A stretch of 40,000 bases of DNA, from assembly GCA_025809375.1 (NCBI GenBank), contig CP099514.1:2491528-2531527 (forward strand), given 5' to 3'. Shown here in pieces: positions 1-5,839 of this stretch (positions within the stretch are counted from its first letter, which is position 1; every line of letters starts with the position of its first letter). The translations under genes and the position numbers were made by a program. Below the pieces are notes generated by a model, which did not search any database, was not told the origin of the DNA, and saw only the letters and a list, made by a program, of their open reading frames with translations. The stretch is from Bacillus zhangzhouensis (GTDB taxonomy: Bacteria; Bacillota; Bacilli; Bacillales; Bacillaceae).

Positions 1-115
1 TGTCAAAGGTAGATATTCTTCATTTATTTTGACATTTTGTATTCTTTCGTTAACATATAGTCCATAAAGATTTTTTTGAACGTATTGAATTCTCTTATTA
101 GAAAGCAGGGACAAG

Positions 116-673
116 ATGAAAAAGCAGGAACAGCCGCAAGCAGAAGATCGTATATTAGCTGCTAAAGATTTAGTCATTGATTCCATAGCTGAAACAATGG
201 ATCTCTATGGCATTACACGAAGTGCAGGTATTCTTTATGGGACGATGTATTTAAATGAGGAAATGACGCTGGATGAAATGCGTGAAGAGCTGCAAATGAG
301 TAAGCCGAGTATGAGTACGGGTGTGAAAAAGCTGCAAGACATGAATATTGTCAAAAAGACGTTTCACCGGGGCCGAAGAAAACACAGTTTTGTTGCTGAA
401 AAAGACTTTTTTAAGTTTTTCACGAACTTTTTTCCGCAAAAATGGGAACGAGAGGTCGAGGTCAATTTAGCAGCAATTGAAGAAGCGCAAGCGCAGCTTC
501 AGGAGGTGGCGAATGATGATCAGCTGGAGGAACATATAATAGAGGAGGCGCAGCAGCTCATTGAGCAGCTTGAAAGCTCAAAGGCCTATTATGACTGGCT
601 GAGACGATTAGCCCATTCTGTTCATTCTGGTGAAATCTTTGACTATATTCCAATTGAACAGAAAGAAAAATAG
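116..673 (+). CDS. GbsR/OpcR-family (MarR-type winged-helix) regulator of choline/glycine-betaine genes
   Basis: 185-aa ORF, ATG preceded by AGGGA. The wHTH block LYGITRSAGILYGTMYL..MTLDEMREELQMSKPSMSTGVKKL and the C-terminal YYDWL motif match my memory of B. subtilis GbsR/OpcR/YvaV. The paralogue cannot be decided. Confidence 0.85.
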   Translation: MKKQEQPQAEDRILAAKDLVIDSIAETMDLYGITRSAGILYGTMYLNEEMTLDEMREELQMSKPSMSTGVKKLQDMNIVKKTFHRGRRKHSFVAEKDFFKFFTNFFPQKWEREVEVNLAAIEEAQAQLQEVANDDQLEEHIIEEAQQLIEQLESSKAYYDWLRRLAHSVHSGEIFDYIPIEQKEK

Positions 674-744
674 ACGATATGTTTACGTTTTACAGCTTGA
701 ATTTCGCAGGAGGATTGATTATAATAATTATGTCGTAATACCTC

Positions 745-817
745 GGGGCATTAGCTCAGCTGGGAGAGCGCTACGCTGGCAGCGTAGAGGTCAGCGGTTC
801 GATCCCGCTATGCTCCA
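745..817 (+). tRNA. tRNA-Ala (anticodon GGC)
   Basis: 73-nt cloverleaf. Acceptor GGGGCAT/ATGCTCC with the G3:U70 alanine identity pair. D arm GCTC/GAGC. Anticodon stem CTACG/CGTAG with loop CTGGCAG. T arm AGCGG-TTCGATC-CCGCT. Discriminator A. CCA is not encoded. Confidence 0.95.
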
Positions 818-840
818 TACACGATAAGCATTGATACAGA

Positions 841-872
841 GCCATTCTTGAGATAATCGAGAGTGGCTTTTG
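841..872 (+). terminator. Rho-independent terminator after tRNA-Ala
   Basis: 8-bp stem GCCATTCT/AGAGTGGC (one G-U), 11-nt loop, then TTTTGTATTT. Confidence 0.6.
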
Positions 873-882
873 TATTTCTAAA

Positions 883-933
883 AACAAAAAGGTAACATCT
901 CCTCTTTCGGTTTTAGAGTGTGTTACCTTTTTT
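883..933. terminator. Bidirectional terminator at the left edge of the island
   Basis: Stem GGTAACA..TGTTACC (891-927) with inner CTC/GAG pairs. It is flanked by an A-run (883-890) and a T-run (928-933). It sits directly after the stop of the minus-strand ORF at 933. Confidence 0.6.
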
Positions 934-1318
934 CATTCAGATTCCTTTAATGCTTTCTTGACTTCACGCAGCTCACGTACAGTCATTTTATCTACAGTTT
1001 TTGTTTTACCTGTTGATGGTATATGGTGAGATGAGTCGATAAATTCTTGTCTGTCTATTGTTGTAGGCAGAGAAATCATTTCAAATAATTTGTTTGTATC
1101 TAAATTCCACGACGTCGTGGAATTTCCAAACTGCTCGTATGATCTTATAAATTTTCTAGCTTGCTCCTGAGAAAATGCAATGTTTGCAACCATTTCCCCC
1201 ACTCACCATGTACTAAATCATTTTCTTTCACATGTTTCAACCGTCTACCAATCTCAAATATGGCCTGTCCAGCTACTTGCTTATATGAGTTTATCTCTGC
1301 TGTAATTATGTTTTCTTG
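933..1318 (-). pseudogene. DUF3102-like phage/plasmid protein, 5'-truncated and frameshifted
   Basis: Two frames together read [43 protein letters not shown], then a frameshift near 1185-1200, then [53 protein letters not shown] associate this pattern with DUF3102. The upstream frame is closed by a TAA at 1319-1321 with no start codon. Confidence 0.6.
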
Positions 1319-1326
1319 TTACCCTT

Positions 1327-1548
1327 TCAAAACGTGTATGAGCAATACACAGAATTGGTTTCTTCAAGTAACTTTAAATCTTCTATTTTTAAACAATCGA
1401 TAGTACCTATAGCAATTTTGAGTATAGCTTTACTTTTCATTAGCATATCATACTGAATAACCCGGTCGTCCAAGCTTAAAATATCATCCATAAACATCGC
1501 ATATAATTCAAATCTATTATCTTCATATTTAAAGCTAAGTATTTTCAC
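1327..1548 (-). CDS. Hypothetical 73-aa protein
   Basis: GTG start with an AGGGGGA SD 7 nt upstream. A TATAAT box on the minus strand at 1577-1582. No recognisable family. Confidence 0.4.
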   Translation of the reverse strand: MKILSFKYEDNRFELYAMFMDDILSLDDRVIQYDMLMKSKAILKIAIGTIDCLKIEDLKLLEETNSVYCSYTF

Positions 1549-1760
1549 TTTTAATCCCCCTAATTTTATTTCCTTAATTATACAGAGAATTTAGATAGAA
1601 TGAAAAGAATACCTTAGCTTTAAACAACTGAACGTAAAATTGCGTTTAGTCATAAAAAAGTTTTGCGTTTTGATATAAGCTGGTGTCATTTCAAATGACG
1701 AGAGGTGTTTATGTAATACCCTCATTTAAAATGATAGTGGTGACCGTCATAGTGTTCCTA

Positions 1761-1940
1761 TCATACTAACTTATTTTCATCAATTGGCACTATTTCAACA
1801 AAGCCATTTTCCAAATCAATAATTCGGTAATTATCCTTCATATCCACTGCTTTATCTTTCTTCAGCCGTTCTTTCAAGGTGTTAAGTGGATATGGCGTAA
1901 CATTGTTTTTCTTTGTATTTAATATTGGTTTAAATCCCAT
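1761..1940 (-). CDS. Hypothetical 59-aa protein (below ORF-track cutoff)
   Basis: My translation is MGFKPILNTKKNNVTPYPLNTLKERLKKDKAVDMKDNYRIIDLENGFVEIVPIDENKLV. An AAAGGTG SD lies 10 nt upstream. It overlaps the end of the upstream membrane-protein ORF by 22 nt. Confidence 0.35.
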   Translation of the reverse strand: MGFKPILNTKKNNVTPYPLNTLKERLKKDKAVDMKDNYRIIDLENGFVEIVPIDENKLV

Positions 1941-2263
1941 GAATTTTTCACACCTTTCAATTGTTTTGATTGTCTATCTTCATGAAACATTACCTCTAAG
2001 TAGATCGCTATGCCTGAAGATATTTTGTAGGTAGACAAAGTGAAAAGCAACCTTGCTTCTCTGCTCCGTCCTTCTCTATAAAAGCGATATGCCATTTTCA
2101 AATTGATGACACTGACTCTAATTGGGATCATAAAAAAGAAAATCACATTGTTAATAGTAAACCTCACTTTTATGTTCTTCTCCCTAATTTCTCTATATGC
2201 TGTATATGAGGTAGTGAGGTATGCTAATGCCACAAATAGTAACAGTAAACCCAAGTAATCCAT
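1919..2263 (-). CDS. Hypothetical small membrane protein (114 aa, about 2 TM helices)
   Basis: The likely start is ATG 2263, preceded by GGGGAGGAAAACAAA. The 166-aa track ORF is an unsupported 5' extension. Hydrophobic segments are YLGLLLLFVALAYLTTSYTAY and VIFFFMIPIRVSVI. Confidence 0.5.
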   Translation of the reverse strand: MDYLGLLLLFVALAYLTTSYTAYREIREKNIKVRFTINNVIFFFMIPIRVSVINLKMAYRFYREGRSREARLLFTLSTYKISSGIAIYLEVMFHEDRQSKQLKGVKNSWDLNQY

Positions 2264-2893
2264 TTTGTTTTCCTCCCCATGTAATATGGCAGATGTCTGC
2301 ACATTTATTTTCACCATTAGTCTTGACTTGTCGTTTGCTTTTTGGCTTGATAGGTTGAAAGCAATGGACAACGGCTGGACAAGTTGTCTGCCTGAATTTG
2401 CTTGTAAAAAAATAAACAAACTCAGACAGGCGACTGATCATCTTGATAGTGTATCAAGCTTATGGTATCCGTATGTGTCACCCTATTTGCCGTTGGTTAT
2501 TCCCCAAACAAACCTACTGTGTCAAGTGTCCCTAACAGTTTCTCAGAACGCAATTTTGCGTTTTGATACTTGTGGTTTGTCCTGCATCGTCAGAAACGAT
2601 ACACCCATCCTTCGTTCAGCACTTAATGGCAGCTTTCTCCTTTCAGATACATGTGCAAATAGGGAAGCACAGAGATATCCTATCATCATTTATCGTATCG
2701 GCTGAGTCACTACCCTTTCAAGTTTAACGTGTGTTAGCGCATTCCACGACAGTCTTACCCTTAAAATAGGCATCACTAAAGACAACACCTTGATTCAGGA
2801 GCATAGACTGATACTATTCAGTTAAGTGAGGTAAACTTTACTTACCTCAAGAAATGTACGAACTATGTTTAAATGAGGTCGTAATGCGAAATA

Positions 2894-2922
2894 TTGAATA
2901 TAGATTAAAAATAAGTTAGAAT
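2894..2922 (+). promoter_or_regulatory. Near-consensus sigma-A promoter driving a plus-strand non-coding (antisense) transcript
   Basis: TTGAAT (2894-2899), 17-nt spacer, TAGAAT (2917-2922). Downstream there is only a 13-codon ORF with no SD. The transcript would run antisense into the 33-aa ORF at 2986-3087. Confidence 0.45.
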
Positions 2923-2985
2923 GGGCTGGTATCATGGGATTTGTACCAACCCATCAGATTAGATAGTGCGCCAACACTTTTCTAA

Positions 2986-3087
2986 TCAGCTAGAAATGAC
3001 GATCATGAGTAGTAGGAATAGTCCTGTTATGCTCATGATTGTTACAAACAGTAACTCATCTATGAACCTTCTAAATAGCTTCCCCAT
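2986..3087 (-). CDS. 33-aa hydrophobic peptide, candidate type I toxin-like or small membrane peptide
   Basis: MGKLFRRFIDELLFVTIMSITGLFLLLMIVISS. Its start overlaps the stop of the preceding ORF (TAATG). GTGGGG lies 8 nt upstream. It has one predicted TM helix. Confidence 0.4.
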   Translation of the reverse strand: MGKLFRRFIDELLFVTIMSITGLFLLLMIVISS

Positions 3088-3266
3088 TAATTTAACCCCA
3101 CTTTAGCTAACTCATCACGATCATACACATCAAGCATGTTATATTCATCATCAGCGACTCCATATTGATCATTGCTATGTACTTCTTCTATTGTTCCTAG
3201 TCCGTATAACGTTTTTACTCTTTGACCTACAGATAGTTTCCAGTTTTGATTAACAATGTTTAACAT
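3087..3266 (-). CDS. Hypothetical 59-aa protein (below ORF-track cutoff)
   Basis: MLNIVNQNWKLSVGQRVKTLYGLGTIEEVHSNDQYGVADDEYNMLDVYDRDELAKVGLN. An AAAGGGG SD lies 7 nt upstream of ATG 3266. Confidence 0.5.
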   Translation of the reverse strand: MLNIVNQNWKLSVGQRVKTLYGLGTIEEVHSNDQYGVADDEYNMLDVYDRDELAKVGLN

Positions 3267-3388
3267 GTTTATTTCCCCTTTGTAATTGGTTTGTTTGGAT
3301 CAAGTATGATGCAATCAAATTCCGTTTCCTGATTCTTTGGTTCTAATATCCTCAAATCGGTCAATGCTTCCCACAGTGTTATTTGTTT

Positions 3389-3664
3389 CTATAGATGTGT
3401 AACGACCTCAGCAAGCGTTTCTAAGTCTGCGTATGGAACGTTTCTTCCTATATACCAGATCGTTCCCTCATCGTAGTTACCATCAGTTCGTTGAGTGATT
3501 TCAGCTAAAACAATCTGGCCATCACACTCCCCAACTGCATAACCTTCTTTAACGCTGAGTAAAGATTGTTGATTTCTTGTGTGTTGAATTCGGTTTGAAC
3601 GATTGTGATATGGTTCATTTAACTCTCCTTCTATGACACGTTTTTGTTGTTGACTTAACCACAA
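3389..3664 (-). CDS. Hypothetical 91-aa protein, possibly nonsense-truncated (same frame stays open to 3269 after TAG 3389-3391)
   Basis: TTG start with an AAGGTG SD 5 nt upstream. After the TAG the frame continues for 39 codons and ends 2 nt before the next gene start. Confidence 0.5.
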   Translation of the reverse strand: MWLSQQQKRVIEGELNEPYHNRSNRIQHTRNQQSLLSVKEGYAVGECDGQIVLAEITQRTDGNYDEGTIWYIGRNVPYADLETLAEVVTHL

Positions 3665-3665
3665 A

Positions 3666-3692
3666 TCAACACCTTAAAGGAGTCAACACCTT
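3666..3692. promoter_or_regulatory. Direct repeat TCAACACCTT x2 (17-bp period) in the divergent control region
   Basis: Identical 10-mers at 3666-3675 and 3683-3692, between the minus-strand operon and the Cro-like HTH gene. A TGTTATAAT extended -10 for the plus-strand gene lies at 3738-3746. Confidence 0.4.
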
Positions 3693-3765
3693 TTTGTAGT
3701 CTTTTTTAAAGAAAATCCACTTTTAGATTCTGTTTTTTGTTATAATCAAAAAGGAGGTGAAACTG

Positions 3766-3993
3766 TTGACTAAAATTGTTAAAACAAGATTGAAAGAAAT
3801 ATTAGATGAACGAGGCTTATCAATTAGGGGTTTCGCCTTCGGAAACGACCTAAGATTTGAAACCGTTAGAAGGCTTTACAATAACACTGCTAAACAATAC
3901 CAACGTGAGACATTGGGCAAGATTTGCGAAGCCTTGGATATAAAAATTGAGGATTTACTTTACATTACAGAAGATGACTCTAATGACTCTTAA
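3766..3993 (+). CDS. Small XRE/Cro-family HTH transcriptional regulator
   Basis: The track ORF begins at GTG 3757. TTG 3766 is better placed, 8 nt after AAGGAGG. The sequence LKEILDERGLSIRGFAFGNDLRFETVRRLYNN...LGKICEALDIKIEDLL is a typical HTH_3/HTH_26 layout. Confidence 0.8.
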   Translation: MTKIVKTRLKEILDERGLSIRGFAFGNDLRFETVRRLYNNTAKQYQRETLGKICEALDIKIEDLLYITEDDSNDS

Positions 3994-4080
3994 GCAAAAG
4001 TATTGCTTTTTATTTTTTTTTGAAATTTATTAAACAAAACAATTGCAATGGAGATACATTCAGACTAGAGGTGAAACAAA

Positions 4081-4341
4081 ATGGAAAACAATATGCTTCA
4101 AGCTATACTTGATGAGATAAAGAAAATTGATAAGAAGGTTGACGGATTGGCTTCTGATTTGAAATCATTTAAAGAAGATACAAAGAAAGAATTCAATCAA
4201 ATCAACGTTAAATTAGATAGACTTGAAGAGAATCAACCTAAAGATATTACAGCGCACCTGAAACAAATACAGAATGTAGACAACAAAACAGAACTACTGA
4301 ATAAACGACTGTTCGATGTTGAAAGTAGGCTTAAAAATTAA
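4081..4341 (+). CDS. Hypothetical coiled-coil protein (86 aa)
   Basis: AGAGGTGA SD 7 nt upstream. Heptad-like charged sequence, no TM segment. No family recognised. Confidence 0.55.
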   Translation: MENNMLQAILDEIKKIDKKVDGLASDLKSFKEDTKKEFNQINVKLDRLEENQPKDITAHLKQIQNVDNKTELLNKRLFDVESRLKN

Positions 4342-4359
4342 GCTAAAGGGGTAATGCAC

Positions 4360-4512
4360 ATGAAGATCAATAAAATCCGTTCTGCGCTTTATAAATCAGC
4401 TAAGATACTTGGTGATGTGAACGCTGTTCAAAAGGGTACAGTAGGCAAGAGAATAGCTAGGAGAGCCGCAGGAAAGGCAACAGGGAGACTATTGGGGAAA
4501 TTGTTCAAGTGA
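4360..4512 (+). CDS. 50-aa highly basic peptide (below ORF-track cutoff)
   Basis: MKINKIRSALYKSAKILGDVNAVQKGTVGKRIARRAAGKATGRLLGKLFK. An AAAGGGG SD lies 8 nt upstream and a good terminator follows. The LGD..A...G...KR.ARR..GK.TGR..GKLF pattern resembles small phage-associated proteins I have seen. This is unverified. Confidence 0.5.
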   Translation: MKINKIRSALYKSAKILGDVNAVQKGTVGKRIARRAAGKATGRLLGKLFK

Positions 4513-4513
4513 C

Positions 4514-4542
4514 CACTTACATTAATTTGTAGGTGTTTTTTT
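4514..4542 (+). terminator. Rho-independent terminator of the plus-strand island genes
   Basis: Stem CACTTACA/TGTAGGTG (one G-U), loop TTAATT, then T7. Confidence 0.65.
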
Positions 4543-4546
4543 GCAC

Positions 4547-4571
4547 AAAAAAAGAGCCGCATAAGCAGCTC
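4547..4571 (-). terminator. Rho-independent terminator for the minus-strand 51-aa ORF
   Basis: On the minus strand the stem GAGCTGC/GCGGCTC (one mismatch), loop TTAT, is followed by T7. Confidence 0.55.
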
Positions 4572-4574
4572 AGT

Positions 4575-4730
4575 TTATTCCAAGATGTTTTTGGTTTCTG
4601 ATGCACCAACAATCCTAATATTTTTATACGCTTGGAACAAAGCTTTAATTTCATCATTAGTCGGCTCTATCGTTCTAATTTCTTTAATTTTTTCTTTAGC
4701 TTCTTTAAGTGTTGGTGATGCTTTTTCCAT
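4575..4730 (-). CDS. Hypothetical 51-aa protein occupying the position of the missing xlyA 3' half
   Basis: MEKASPTLKEAKEKIKEIRTIEPTNDEIKALFQAYKNIRIVGASETKNILE. It has a weak SD but its own terminator. It may be a gene fragment. Confidence 0.35.
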   Translation of the reverse strand: MEKASPTLKEAKEKIKEIRTIEPTNDEIKALFQAYKNIRIVGASETKNILE

Positions 4731-4737
4731 CTTCAGT

Positions 4738-5130
4738 CTAGCGAGGCACTACATTTGATAAAGGAATCCCCAAATCTCCTATCAGCGTTCGAATGAGCCA
4801 TTGCGCATTTTCGACTCCTTGTTCAAAGTTGCCGTCTGCATTTTCACAAATTTCAATTCCAATTGATTTCATATTGCCGGTGCCTCTGCCATCCCCTGCG
4901 TGCCAGCCATTTTCGTTTAACGGTAAATGCTGATAAATTACCTGATCATCAACGGTGTAATGCCAGCTGACCCCGGTACTTGAACGTGCAACAAACGCTG
5001 CATGACTGGCCGCATTAGCCCCTTTACCAGTGTTTGACGTATTATGCACCGTAATATAGAGCGGCTTCATCGTGTTTCCTGGTCTGTTGCGATGGTGCTT
5101 TGGGATGAATGCTTGAATGATTTTCACCAT
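4738..5130 (-). pseudogene. xlyA: N-acetylmuramoyl-L-alanine amidase (XlyA-type endolysin), truncated after residue 130
   Basis: MVKIIQAFIP..PLYITVHNT..SWHYTVDD..IYQHLPLNENGWHAGDG..SIGIEICEN..LSNVVPR-stop is collinear with XlyA as I remember it (..ANVVPHKYWSGKECP..). It stops exactly before the conserved His/Cys zinc-ligand motif and lacks all cell-wall-binding repeats. Confidence 0.8.
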
Positions 5131-5149
5131 GTCGTTTCTCCTTCAAGTA

Positions 5150-5413
5150 TTATTTTGTTAGCCCTCTTTGTTTCAGAGCATCTTTTTGTAATTGACCTTT
5201 GTAGGTCACATAATTGTTTTTAAACCAAGCTATTACCGCTGTGACCATAGTGAAAATCGTAGAACCTGCCACATAAAGTGCCTCACCTGCGGTTTGTACT
5301 TGCTCCTCACTAATCGGCAGCACCGTCTGTCCAAACATAACAAGCGTTTGATTTGTCAGAGCAATAAAAAGAAGCGCTGTGCGAATCACAGTGCCTTTGT
5401 CGAATGTTTTCAT
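5150..5413 (-). CDS. xhlB: Holin (XhlB / SPP1-type holin family)
   Basis: 87 aa with two hydrophobic helices and a charged C-terminus. It lies between xhlA and the amidase, as in PBSX. Confidence 0.85.
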   Translation of the reverse strand: MKTFDKGTVIRTALLFIALTNQTLVMFGQTVLPISEEQVQTAGEALYVAGSTIFTMVTAVIAWFKNNYVTYKGQLQKDALKQRGLTK

Positions 5414-5425
5414 GATTTTTACCTC

Positions 5426-5638
5426 CTATTTTAAATTCCGTTCAATTTTGTCGAGCTTGTCGATCACGACGTCATACTTTTCACTAAACTTTGCTAACAC
5501 ATCATTTTGCGCCTCTATTTGTGCATTGAGCTTGTTTTCTCGTTCTTTTGTTGTGTTGAGCACATAAAACAGAATCCAGCAAAAGAGAACGGCAAATGGC
5601 CCTTGTGTCATTAAGTTTTGAACGACATCTACTTCCAT
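5426..5638 (-). CDS. xhlA: XhlA-family lysis-associated membrane protein
   Basis: MEVDVVQNLMTQGPFAVLFCWILFYVLNTTKERENKLNAQIEAQNDVLAKFSEKYDVVIDKLDKIERNLK closely matches my memory of PBSX XhlA. The start is ATG 5638, 6 nt after AAGGTG. The track start at 5647 is less likely. Confidence 0.85.
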   Translation of the reverse strand: MEVDVVQNLMTQGPFAVLFCWILFYVLNTTKERENKLNAQIEAQNDVLAKFSEKYDVVIDKLDKIERNLK

Positions 5639-5659
5639 TGGAATCACCTTCTTTCCGGC

Positions 5660-5683
5660 AAAAAAATAAAGCCATTAGGCTTT
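5660..5683 (-). terminator. Terminator-like hairpin upstream of the lysis cassette
   Basis: On the minus strand AAAGCC-TAAT-GGCTTT is followed by ATTTTTTT. It lies between the decayed xkdX-like gene and xhlA. Confidence 0.5.
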
Positions 5684-5839
5684 GTATTTGTCTCCTGTTA
5701 TATCTTGGTAGTCGTCTGCAGAGATTTAGCCAATGCTTACATAAAATGCAATGTCCTCTGGGCTGTAACACTGCCAGTCCCAAAATTGTTTGATATCTGC
5801 TACAGTATCTTGCTGAGTACCGGTAACATCTGTCGTCAA
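5675..5839 (-). pseudogene. Second XkdX-family gene with an in-frame TAA
   Basis: It reads ..DTVADIKQFWDWQCYSPEDIAFYVSIG-stop-ISADDYQDITGDKYKA. The ..G.IT/S..DY..ITG..Y ending is the XkdX-family hallmark. There is no ATG and an internal stop. Confidence 0.55.

Noticed and set aside
630-827. 65-aa ORF overlapping tRNA-Ala
   Set aside because: It reads straight through the tRNA gene and its terminator and has no SD. It is an artefact.
1711-1716. ATG-TAA start-stop mini-ORF after AGAGGTG on the plus strand
   Set aside because: The spacing to the SD is only 3 nt and no plus-strand transcription unit is evident here. It is probably coincidental. The similar ATG-TAA abutting xtmA is mentioned under the xpf finding instead.
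2265-2705. 146-aa plus-strand ORF spanning the ORF-free part of the island
   Set aside because: It has no SD, and its composition (Cys/Ser/Leu-rich, no domain-like pattern) is not protein-like. Its 5' end is antisense to the well-supported membrane-protein start. I treat it as a chance open frame.
2925-2990. tRNA-like or T-arm-like hairpins (ATGGG..CCCAT, GATTAGA..TCTAATC)
   Set aside because: The loops are 11 and 17 nt. There is no acceptor stem, no GTTCRA T-loop and no cloverleaf, so this is not a tRNA or tmRNA. I kept them only as hairpins of the putative antisense RNA.
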